In this document: piece after piece, positions 13,959-25,600 of the stretch
Layout of the letters: each line of letters starts with the position of its first letter
Numbering within the stretch: the first letter of the stretch is position 1
From: Vermamoeba vermiformis
Taxonomy: Eukaryota
Direction: 5' to 3'
Length of the DNA stretch: 64,000 nt
Assembly (NCBI GenBank): GCA_045837725.1
Contig: JBEWZL010000209.1
Coordinates: 62,001 to 126,000, forward strand
The notes under the pieces: generated by a model
The model's database searches: none
The model's input: the letters and a program-made list of their open reading frames with translations, nothing else
What the model was told of the DNA's origin: nothing
Translations under genes and position numbers: made by a program

Positions 13959-16051
13959 ATGAAAGCTGAATATAGCATACTATTAGTTATACTTGCCGTA
14001 AGTTACGAAGCGATGCATATTCAATTACGCACTACAATTTTTGCTCGATCAGATTTGTTTTGCGTCTACCGTCAAGGCCCAAGAATGCAATAATACAGTC
14101 ACGTGCGATAGTTTCAGCACTTGTTGCCAAGGAAAATGCGTTACAAACAACGGGTACACGATCCCGCTTGGCGAGAGTTGCAACCCTTACTCTGCTTGCG
14201 AAAAGTAAAGAACGATACCAATATTTTAAAATAATACTTATCTAATATATTACCTTTAGGTGCGCAGGAATGGGTGCCTGTATTGGACAAAAATGTTTGC
14301 TATCAACTATTGGATGTCCTTGCGATACGTCCAACGAGCCTTGTGCTACCGGCTATTGCACTTCTGTTAAGAAAAACAGCAATATATGCGGACGTAAGTA
14401 GCTTAATAAGATAGCAGAAACTGCGGATCACTGAATCCGACTTAGCATACGGAGCAGCCAACGGTAGTCCTTGTTTCGTTGATAAAAATTGCGCGAGCCA
14501 GAATTGCATCAAAGGAAGGTGCCAGGGTATCGGCTACATCGACGAACCTTGCGAATATAACTCCGATTGTTTGTCAAACCTGTGCGTAGCGCAACCTGGA
14601 AAACCGAAGAAATGTATAGCTCCACTGCCTGCGGTAATTAGACCATTATGAGCGTCGTTGGCCATGTTTAACTCGTACTAGGGAGCTATTTGTGGCCCGG
14701 TCAGTTCACAGAATTCACAGTCACCGTGTGCAACAGGTTTAGCGTGCTCCTATGGTATCAGACTATCAGACTATACTCGAATATGACAGGATACTGACAA
14801 CTTATTATTGCTTCAGAGGCCTCAGACGTCACCTACTCAAAGCAGATCTGTATTCCCAAATATTCGAAGCCAGCCGGATCTCGTTGCGTGTTTAACGAAT
14901 ACAGCGCAGTGGACGAGAGTTGTGCTGGATCTGTTTGCGGTCACTACTATGAGCTCATTGAGCCTGGCTCTTACAAACGTAAGTATCAGGCACCGCTCCT
15001 CAATTTTAGCGAGAAATTATTCCTGGAATGAATCGTCTAATTTTTGCTTTTACCGAACCAGCTATTACCGTTTGTGATGCAGCAGGTGTCCACAAAGAAG
15101 GCGAGTTTTGCGATCAGGTGAACAATGTCATGCCCACTTGCGAAGCGGGTCTGATCTGCAACCGAGGAGCAACTAATTTCGACAGACCTGTGTGCACCAA
15201 GCCCTATTCAGTGCAAGAAGGTGGTGGTTGTGGTTCGGACGTGGTGTGCGCTGATGGGCTGCGCTGTTTGTACAATCAAAGTACTGGCCAGTACGGTTGT
15301 GTCAATACCGTTGGACAGTACGTTATGGTTTAATCATTTTCACCATTACCACTCATTTAACTATTAGGGTCTGTAATGCTTCGCAAATTTGCGGTAATCG
15401 AGCAAAATGTGTCGATGGAGTTTGTGCGCTTGATCAGAACACCCCGCCACCTGCTGCTCCCACGTGTGTGCAAGAATTGATCGTTAGTATTAGCGTACAT
15501 ATGCATGGGTTTACAATACATTGTTAGGACATGTTGCAAAGCCAATGCTGGTCTGATTATGTTCTGATGAGTCGAGGCGTCGAATTCAATTTCAGCACGC
15601 CCGAGTGTGGGGTCCTTGTTCTCAAGTACAAGTGCTGCAAGGATTACTGCTACAATTCAATTGCTACTTCGTTGCGACATCCATTCGTAGTCGATTGTTC
15701 TCTATTCAAGATTAGCAGTTGGAGGTAATTCGTTACCTGGTGAATTAATGTTGTCTTCGCGGCTGACTAACAGTTATTGGCAGCCCGGAGCCGTGCTGTG
15801 GAGCGACAAGTGCCACCGAGTGTCAAAGGCGTGTTTTAGGATGCGGCCTGCCAGAAGCGCCTTCAACGGCAGGAGCTCCGACAACAGAAACAGTTCCTTC
15901 AACAGAAGGAGTTCCGTCCGCAAATGTTACTGGTGGGGAGGTCAACGACTCGCAGCTGGTACTGTTGATTGTTTTTGGCGTGGTTGGAATCCTCGCGATC
16001 GGTGCTCTCATCTTCGTTATTGTACGAGACAAACGAAACAAACTCTTGTAG
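13959..16051 (+). CDS. Cys-rich type I membrane protein (Dickkopf/EB-like Cys modules), multi-exon
   Basis: Signal peptide MKAEYSILLVILA|ICFASTVKA, many C-x5-C-x4-5-C modules, a Pro/Thr stalk, TM VLLIVFGVVGILAIGALIFVIV and a short basic tail. Confidence 0.7.
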
Positions 16052-16105
16052 ACTAAAAGTTTAGTGAAAATATTATAATATACAGCCAAACCAGTGCGGA
16101 ATAAA

Positions 16106-18047
16106 TTACAGCTGCCTCAATTCAACACCCCGAGTTTCTTGTGCGAATAACTGCACAGCCAAATCTTTTCTGACCTTGCCGAAATAGACACCAAAGAAGA
16201 CTACGACTCCAGAGATTGCAAAAAGCTCTACCGCGAGAATGGCCCAGGGCCAGTCAGTAGGCCCACCAGACGCAGGGTTGATCGAGGAATCGTTACCCAC
16301 GTTGCTGCTTGGTGGTGGTAGCGGAACCGGATCCAATATCGGGTCGTTAGGTACGCTGTAGGGTGCAGCAGGGGGGTCTGAGCGCACTGGCGGCTGTGCT
16401 GGACAACCGTAGACACGCATCGCATCGCATTGCAGCGCATCTGAGGCACCGCAACAGGGCTTGGTGCTGTGGAAAAGGATCAGACTAAGTTCGATTTGAT
16501 TTAAGATGGCACGTACTCCCAGAAGATCTTTTGTGTGCTGCAGTCAAGCAAAAACGGCGGATAGGGCGCGCGACCAGCTGTAACCTCAGGACAGTAGACA
16601 GCACAACAGAGGTACGCGGCGACTTTAGCCTCGCACACAGCAGGCTCGTAGTAGAATGGCTCGCTGTTGCCACGGTGCACCCGCTGCAGGTACTCCAGAC
16701 AGCCCGTGTTGACCAAGTCCTGTCAGCAGTCAGCAGTGATGGTCACTGATTACCAGTACTCACCAGCCACGTGTCAAGGCAAGGGTCAGGCAGAATATTA
16801 GGAGTCGGTCGGGTCACGCACTGGCCCGCACAGTTGCACACGCCAGTTCCGCATTCGCCGTCGTGCACACACTGTGTAGGGAAGGATGAACACGTTGAAT
16901 AGCTGCACACCAGGCCTTCTTGACATTGAACGCTGAGACTGCACGAAGCCTCCCCACCCTGGCTAAACGGTCGGATGCACGTGCCGGTCTTGTCTTGATA
17001 GCGTTTGTTGCAGTACAAGCCCGGAGCACATTCTTGAAAATTTAAATCCACACTGGTGCACGGCTCGCCTTCACCAGCCTGTCCTATGAGCTGACACTTG
17101 CCACTGGCATAGGTTTCAGGCGCGCAGAACGAACTGGCACACGCTAGATCCACGGGGGTTTTGACGTCAACGTTGCACAGGTCACCAGTGTTCTTAAGTC
17201 GGCGCGGAAAGCACGTGGCAACCTCGACCTCTGATAAGCAGTGTCAGCACCAGTCACGTGATGTGTCGCAGTACTCACCGTCAATCGTGTATAGTGAACA
17301 GGCTTGTGGGCCAGAGCAGTCGCCAAATATGGCATGCGGCGGCGTGTAGCAATTTCGCAGCATTGATTTTTTCTGCGTGCAGAGCTTGACATCGTCTACA
17401 CTCAAGTCGTAAGTACACGTGCCTTCGATGCACTGACTCGGCACTACACAAGGCGCATCTGTCGCAAGCACGCCAGTGCACGTTTCGGCCTGGCAATTGT
17501 TCGAATAACAGGTCGCGTTGCCAGTGCACGAGTAGGTGTTGAGTATGCCGTACTCTAAGCAGCGGTGAGTGTCGAGCACGTGGTCAGAAGCAGCTACTTA
17601 CGCACACACTGCGAGCCCTGGCATTGGACCGCCGACAGCTGACTCGAACAATCTGTGTCGAGTGTGCAGCTACAGCCGAGTGTATTGAGCCTGCATTGCC
17701 CGTTTATGCATTGATACGGTGTCTCGCATCTGGAATACGAGTAATTGGAATCAGTAATAATAATAAACCTAAATGACACCGCTAGCTATTATTATATTGC
17801 GTATAAAAGTATTCTCAATGCAATATGTAAGTTAGGTTAAGATAAGCATTTTAAAAACGTACCGGTCGCAATTGGGATCGCAAGATTGGCCTCCACTTTT
17901 CATATTCACAGAGTCACTACATTGTCCATTACAACACGTGCCTCGCTGACACGGATTAAACTGGTCACAAGGCGCGTTGCAAAGTTGTGCCCTCAATCCG
18001 CCCAGCAGAAAATGACAGAGAAGCAGCCCACAGATATATGGACGCAT
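16106..18047 (-). CDS. Cys-rich type I membrane protein, paralogue of 13959-16051
   Basis: Signal MRPYICGLLLCHFLLGGLRA, similar Cys modules, Pro-rich stalk and TM WAILAVELFAISGVVVFFGVYF. Confidence 0.7.
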
Positions 18048-18198
18048 TCGTATAGCGTCACGATTGATAAGAGCTAGCATTCGTTACAAAGAGTGGTCTA
18101 TTTGTGTTGTAGGTGAAGGTCCTACCCATTTAGTAAAGCGGAATGCGAAAAATTCTAAAGTTTGTTAATGGAGCCATTTACGCCTTCCGCTTTACTAA

Positions 18199-18552
18199 AT
18201 GAACAAAGCTGTGCTATTGTGCTTGTTAAGCACGATTATAGTGGTCTTGCAGGCCAAACCTGTAGACGTGGAGAGTTGCGCAGTTAATGGATTCAGCTGC
18301 GAGATTATCAAGTCGACGCACTCAATATTCCTCAGCTACACAGCCATCAGTCAGGACCCGTGCACCGTACGCTATTCTACTGCCGATTTCTCCGGCTTCG
18401 AAATGGATTCGTATTACGCTGATGGAGGTGGCGGAGCGCTGCGCACCGCGTATTTGAACCGATTGATACCAGACACGAATTATTACATCCAAGTATGCTG
18501 CAATAAGGCCTGCAATAATGTTTTTTCAGTTAAGACGCGAGCTGTAAATTAA
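18199..18552 (+). CDS. Small secreted protein with a fibronectin-III-like domain
   Basis: Intronless 117 aa with a signal peptide and LNRLIPDTNYYIQV (FN3 LxPxTxY motif). Confidence 0.6.
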   Translation: MNKAVLLCLLSTIIVVLQAKPVDVESCAVNGFSCEIIKSTHSIFLSYTAISQDPCTVRYSTADFSGFEMDSYYADGGGGALRTAYLNRLIPDTNYYIQVCCNKACNNVFSVKTRAVN

Positions 18553-18940
18553 TTTTAGAAAAACAGACGAGGTAGCAGCGAAAAATTAATTACACAATAA
18601 CAATACACACCCCGCCTTGATACAAAAATATTTGATGTAAATAAAGTATCTTTTTAGCAGGTACGCAATTAAATGACAGATGCGCTAGCTGGAAGGAGGG
18701 ATTTAACTCCTCGGTATTTATAGCTATCACGCAGTAATATAATTATACAGCACTTACTTATGACTTGCTCATGATCATTTTGTTTGAGAAAAAGAGAATA
18801 ATGATTGAAAGAAAAAAACGTCAGCTAATTGCATTACCACCCAACAGGACGAGCACCAATGACATTACAAAAGATTGGTAATTGATAGCACCCAACGTAT
18901 AAGCCGTAACATATATATATATTCTTTATTCATTCTAGAG

Positions 18941-19845
18941 ATGCAACCAGATGTCGTTCACTCAGAGTAAGATTAAGGTTAAAACACCGCTCAGTATTAT
19001 TGACCCAATATACTAGGTCGCAGATATTAAGGAACATCCAACTCGGCAAAAAATTTATTATTCACGATTCAGTGCGTGATCTTGAACTTCGCGGCGAAGA
19101 TATCAACGCTAAAGGAATTAAACTATTAAGCGAGGCTATTAAAGACAGCAATTCGCTGATCTACCTAGATCTCTACGACAACCAAGACTTCAGATCTGAA
19201 GGATGTGTCTGGTTGTACAAAGCACTCATGGTCAACAAGTCGCTCCAGATTCTTAATCTCAACAAGTGCTATATCCAGGCTGAGGGCTGCAGATTATTAT
19301 GCAAGGCGCTACAAGAGAACGAAACTTTAACCGAGCTGCATCTGTACAACAACAACATCGCCGCTGAAGGCTGTAAATGGTTGAGCGAAGCACTTAAAAT
19401 TAATCGTACTTTGAAGAGAATAGATCTTCGATACAATAGAATTGGTTCAGAGGGCGCTAATTATCTCATTGAAGCTCTCAAAGTCAATCGAATACTGACA
19501 GCCCTGGATTTTGTTACGGATCCAAACGGACCAGACCTTAACACAACAATTTTGTCAGTGATCGAACAAATGTTAGAATATAACAAGCACTACCCGAAGA
19601 ACGTGATCATGGACACTATACTGCTCTTCATCAATTTTGTCAGACGCAAACAGGAGCTGTTATCGTTGTGGCCTTTGGAAGTGTGGCGATTGATATTTAG
19701 CCAGCTTAAATACGCTCAATATGAACGCTTTGAACTGTTGTTTGACAGAGTGGTCAATAACATCGAGACAATTAACGCAATTATTCGAAACAAAGAGAAA
19801 CTGAGAGTAGTTGTCAAGTCAAATTCTGTCGATTTAATTTTGTAA
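18941..19845 (+). CDS. RNI-like (NLRC3-type) LRR protein with a C-terminal F-box-like motif
   Basis: ATG 18941, intron 18967-19016, 28-residue LRRs (LTELHLYNNNIAAEGCKWLSEALKINRT) and C-terminal LLSLWPLEVWRLIFSQL. Confidence 0.8.
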
Positions 19846-19858
19846 GTAATAAAGGTTA

Positions 19859-21610
19859 TCAGTTTCCATCTTCAAGTTCTAAATTGATTTTCAATGCCAC
19901 AAAATGAGGTAAATGCTTGATCAGCTGCTCTTTGAAATTTCCTTGTGGTGGTTGTTTGAATGGTGCAAATTGAATGCGCTGCAAACGAGTGAGTTTGAAT
20001 AACACCTCGGTGCTCGGCTCATCACAGTGAACTTTCAATTGCGTTATTCGACGCAGTGCTGTCAACAACTTGAAGTTTTCAGGCTTGATCGAGCAGTTAA
20101 GTAAGTCCAGATGATCGAGACGCGTCAATGATGTGAGCCACGCCAGGGACGGCACATTGTACGTGGTGAGCTTCAAGTACGTCAACTGCGACAGACGTGC
20201 CAAGACATTGGCTTGCACTGAGCCTTTGACAGTCAGTTGAAGGTCTTGAAGTCGTGTCAGGGCTGAAAGATAATTGAGTTCTGTGGGCTTGAGCGCGCAT
20301 TCCAATTGCTCCAAGTTGGTCAGTGAGTTGAGTCCGCCAAGTACCCGTTGATTGCCAACCACGGACAAGACCTTCAGACGTGTGAATGAAGCTACAGTGC
20401 CGCACTGCACTTGATGTAATTTGAGTCGTGTCAAGCGTGTCAAAGATGTCAAAGTGACTGACTGAAGCATTGAGGCCGTCAGTGTTAGGGACTCGAGTTC
20501 GGTCAGTCGTGTCAAGTGGTCTTTGTATTTTGAATTTGCATCGATCTCCAAGCCCAAGTGGTGTAGTATATCAGTGTTGAAGTACTGAATTGCCTGTGTA
20601 TTGTCGAGTTTTGCAATTGACAAGTGAGCGGATCGCAAGGGCAATTTGGTCAAAAACGTGAATGGCATAGGCGCTGTCATTTGTTTTATAGTCAAATCGA
20701 GATGCTGAAGCTGTGTTAGTGCCTCGAGTGTAGTCAAATCGCAGGCTGTCTCGTGACATCGGATCTCCAATCGTGTCAAGTTGGTGTTGAGTGCAATTTC
20801 ACTCGGCATTGTGAGTATATCTAAATTCACATGCTCTAATTTTGCTGCATGCCATCGATTTGGCATCAATTTGACGCACGTGTCTTTATGTTTAAGGGTA
20901 ATGATCAGTTGCTTGAGGGTTGTGGGTGTTGAGATGCTACTCCATGTAGTCATTTGAGGACTGGCTTCTATATGCAGTCTAGTTAAACTCGATATAGAGG
21001 AGTAATCGTACATTTCGCAGTTAGGAAGTGTTAGATCGTGCAAATTTGTCAGCATCGAAAGGTTGTTTAATCTCCAGTACTGCATGTTGTTAACTGTCAA
21101 TTTAGTCAATCCGTTGAGTGTGGTCAATATTGGTTCTAGTACATAGCTTTGTATTGCCAGTCGTTCTAGATTCGACAGCAATGTTAGCATAGTTACCCTA
21201 GTGTCTCTTGCGTGCTTCGTGTAGAGATCTGATGTAAGGTCAAAGATATTCAAAGACGTGATGTTTGTATACAATGATATCGATTCTATCGCTTTTAAAG
21301 CTTGTAGTCGTAATTTTAGGGGTGGATCTCTGAAGTCAACTGAGATCCGGTCTGACACGCGTTGTGCTAATTGCTGCTCTATGGCTTCTAATTGTTCTAC
21401 TGTTGTATTGTGGAAAGCAAAGTGATATTGAGGAATATAATGGTTTAGAGTTCTGCACGTTGTTCTGAAAATTTGAGTTGTTCCTAAATCCATGTATGAA
21501 CCAATGTAAACGAGTATTTCAACGGGCAAGTGTTCCTAAATTATAAAAAATATTAAATTATGAATTGAAAAGAAAAACCAATTAAATTATTTTCAAGCTA
21601 TGCTTACCAT
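19859..21610 (-). CDS. F-box + LRR protein
   Basis: ATG-only exon 21610-21608, intron 21607-21536, then EHLPVEILVYIGSYMD..FRTTCR (F-box) and many LTRLT-type LRRs. Confidence 0.8.
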
Positions 21611-21755
21611 TTGACAGTTTAACTAGTGAAAGGGTATTACAGATATCTGAAAATATTACAATATAATGTGGTGTACATTTATACGAAATGGCAAAATAAT
21701 ATCAAACCGGTTCCGCAACTTTATTAACGAAATTTTCCACGTCATGACACGACAA

Positions 21756-22418
21756 TTAGAAGTCAAATGTTTTGTATTTACGCCAAGGATAATCTTCGGG
21801 CTTATGAGTCAATAGAGTGTACAACACAAGCTCGTGGCCAAAGGGAGCAGATGGATCTAAATATTCTTCTTCGATCGGGCGATGTCCAACAGGTCGTCCA
21901 TCATATCCAACTATTTGCAAATTAATTCCATCATCGAGCATTTGACGCAACTTTTTGAGATCGTCATTTTGTTCTGTTAGTCGTTCATAAAAAATGCAGT
22001 AAAATTGTCTGCTGGTAATGTAATCAACTTTGTGGATTTTTCCTTGCTTATCTACCCATACGGAATATAATGGCTTTTTTCCTTTATATTTATGACGATG
22101 TGGCTCTTTGTCTTCGTAATAAGCTAATCGCATCTCGTCAAAAAGAGGCGCTGGATCCTCGTTTTCATCGGCTTCTAGTGCAAAACATTTGTTTCCTTGG
22201 TGGAAGTTTTCTAAATTCTTCGAAGGAGGCAAGCCAGGCTGCCCGTGGTTGACAGGACCCAATCTCATCGGAGAAAGTGAGCAGCATCCAAAGCCATCCT
22301 TGCGATCTTGCATCTTGTTATTAGGAAATACTTTTAAATAGCCCGCATGATCTTCTGGTGTATAATTTTTGAGCTGCGTGACTATTACAGATCCTCTTTT
22401 CTTTTGCCCGTGTTCCAT
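21756..22418 (-). CDS. Intronless hypothetical protein, NADAR-like / giant-virus-like
   Basis: Uninterrupted ORF of about 220 aa with LSPMRLGPV...NLENFHQGNKCF (resembles the NADAR E-x2-3-Q-x2-K motif) and PFGHELVL. Family assignment is from recall, not a search. Confidence 0.55.
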   Translation of the reverse strand: MEHGQKKRGSVIVTQLKNYTPEDHAGYLKVFPNNKMQDRKDGFGCCSLSPMRLGPVNHGQPGLPPSKNLENFHQGNKCFALEADENEDPAPLFDEMRLAYYEDKEPHRHKYKGKKPLYSVWVDKQGKIHKVDYITSRQFYCIFYERLTEQNDDLKKLRQMLDDGINLQIVGYDGRPVGHRPIEEEYLDPSAPFGHELVLYTLLTHKPEDYPWRKYKTFDF

Positions 22419-22609
22419 AACCTTCAGTGGTAGTACTGTTGCGATCAATTAAAGATGGATAACCTAAGCTCGATTGCTTAAATTATGCCAGGTTCTCATG
22501 TTTTTAGCAGATCAGAATTTCCGAGAGCTTCGCAAGTCGTGTAAAATTAAATTTAATAAATAAGCAAATTATAATACATGCAGTTGTTTTGTGTCATTAG
22601 TTCGCAATT

Positions 22610-25600
22610 TTAGTTGTTTGTGTTAGTATTGTTGTCCACGTGCGTATCTTCAGCAACGTCCTGCGTCTTTCGCTTCTTATTCTTCTTGTTCAATTTCTTC
22701 AAGTTAGTCGCGAATTTGCTGCGCGCAATCTTGCTTCTCAATTTCAGCAAGAAGTCGCGCTCACCCTTGCTTTGCGAGAACGCATAGCCAGTAACTAATA
22801 GAAATATGAATAAAGGTGGTGATTAATAGAAGATGATGGTAGCTTACACTTGAAGTCTGGATCAGCTTCAGTGAAGTTGTTCTTGACAGTGAATGCTTGC
22901 AAAGTCGGCTTGCGAGTAGCTCTCTTGCGTGAGGGTGGAGGGCCTTGCGTGACTTCCACGGGGATCTTGTACTTTCTGATCTCTTGCACGATGTGGTGAG
23001 GTCTCGGGAAGAACGTTCTTCGGATGCTGTAACCGATATATTAGTGCTGTTCAATACGAACAATAAGGTTACGTACTATTGATTAAAAATGTCGGGAACA
23101 AGACCAATGGCCACGATAACGACCAATGTTAGCCAGAAGCTCGCTGTGCCCATGATTTCTACGGCCAAGTAGTTCTGTTGCGGGGTCAAATAAATGACCG
23201 AGTAGACCAAACAGAACGCGACGTAGACACCGAGACTGGCCCAAGTGAGCAAGTGATTGATCCAGGTCCAAGTTCTAATCTCCAAGGCAATCTTGAATGT
23301 GACCATGAACACGACGCAAGTGATGGCCAAAATACCGAGATCAAACCAGCTGACTGTACGACCGTTGCTGTACATCATACCATCGCCCAAGGCTTGTTTG
23401 GTCAAGAAGAAAATGATCACTGAGTGGAAGATTCCCTCGCCAATGAACGTAATGAACTTCTTGATGGAGAACTGGTGACACGTGTCAGTAATTCTACGTC
23501 AATATGTCGTATACTCGACTTACAGCCTCGTTGTTCTTCGGTTGGCCAGAAGCGTACAAGAGCGGGAATTTTTGCGACAATTCGCTGCTCGTGTCTTGGT
23601 CTAAGACTGAAAGGCCGACAATGGGCAGCGAAGTGAAAATGACGTTGTAGACTGTAATGTACCACGAGTCATAGTAGGTCTGCAGATGTCGTTAGCATCG
23701 ATGCATGTCAAAGCTAATTCGCAGCACTTACGTGACCAGACCAGCCGTCGTAAATGGAGAGCCAGAACTGCACCATGGAGAAGGTCATGTTCTTGTAGAA
23801 CGAGTACAAAATCAACATGCAAATACGCTTGTACGACCAACGACCGTGCACCAACAAGAGTTTTTGAAGGAATCTGAACTGGGCAATCGAATAGTCACTG
23901 GACAGCACGGCCTGCATACCCTCTTGACCACTGATACCAACACCTACAGAGTCGTTAGGGCAAGATATAATTGAAGTTGATTGAGATGTTGCTCTTCATA
24001 GACACAACAAGTACACGAGCATTCACTTGTTGTCGGTCGAAGAGCAATAACAAAAAATAGCTAAGTTGATAAACATACCGATGTGAGCTGCTTGAATCAT
24101 GCTGACATCATTGGCACTAAAAAGGAATTGATATTAATCATAAGAAGGTATTTTTGATTGAAAGGAACATACCCGTCACCAATAGCCAAAGTACGAGCCT
24201 TCAAACCGTTCTTGACGAGCTTGACCACATCGGCCTTTTGTTTCGGACTGACGCGGCAGCAGATGACCGAAGAACAGTTCTTGGCGACTTCTAACAGCTG
24301 CCAGCAATTGCTCTCGTGCAAGCCGTGTTCGAGGGCAGCACCGTTGATGACAAGAGCCCACTCCGACGAGCCTTTTGCTTTTTCTTCACGAAGTTTGGCA
24401 AGAGCGCCGTCAATTTCTTGACGCACGTCTTCTTCAGTCTCACCGTTCATAATGATCAACTTCATGTCTTCGAACAACAACGAGCATGCGTAGCCAATGT
24501 TGATGGCTGTTTCTTGCTTGTCACCAGTCAACACCCAGATCTTAAGATTGGCTTGGCGGAGGTTGTAGATCGTGTCAGGCACGCCTTGCTGCAGCTTGTC
24601 TTCAATGGCAGTGGAGCCGACCAAAGTGAAGTCAACTTCAATCTCTTCGGCGATAGCGTCCATAGCCTTGTCACGGTCAATAAGAGTCACTGAAGCCTGT
24701 TGATATTTAGCAGCCCACTCCTGATAAGTGGCATCGTCCAGCTCTCGTGAAGCCAAGCACAAAGTACGCAAACCATCGTTGGCGAACTCTTCAAGCTGTT
24801 GCCAAGTCTGTTCGAGGAAATCACACTTGACCTTGTTGCTCAAGCGCTTTTGAATAACACTGTCAGCACCCTTGACGAGCACTTTGACCTTGCCCTCAGG
24901 TGTGCGCACGACGACTGACATTCTCTTGCGGTCACTGTTGAACTCGTTGACTGCCAAGATTTCGAATCGTCGATCTTCACCGTGCACTTTAACCACAACT
25001 GAATCAATGGTACGAGTCTAATAAAGAAATTAATAATAGTACTCGTTATGTTGAAAAACAATGAGGCGTACGTGGAAATAGTGACCCATATAACGGGCAG
25101 CAGTGACAAGAGCAGCCTCGTCGGGGGAAGAAGCTTGGTACTTGACTTCACCACCTTCAGCTTCTTCGGGGATGACAGTGTGACACACGGACAAGATGGT
25201 CAAAAACTCTTCGATCATTTCTCTGCGCTCGGGGTTTTGCAAATCAGCCAAGAACTGCTTATCCTTGAACGGGAATGTGGGCTGAATAAATTGAGTGATT
25301 AGAAGGCGTTACGGTGAAATAGTTGCAATGCTTACAGGAGCGCCAGGCAGAGGTTCATCATCGGGCAAGGGAGGCAATTCACGGCCTTCACGCTTGGCTC
25401 TGTTGATCGCAATCTCCGTGTAGCCAGCACCGTACGTGACACCAGCAATGTTGCACTTCATAAAGTCCATACGATTGCACGTCAATGTGCCCGTCTTGTC
25501 GCTGAAGATGTACTCGATTTGTCCCAATTCTTCCGACAAGTTCGACGTGCGTGCATTAGCTGGCGTGTCACTCACAGGGTCGTACATCTCAATGTCACCG

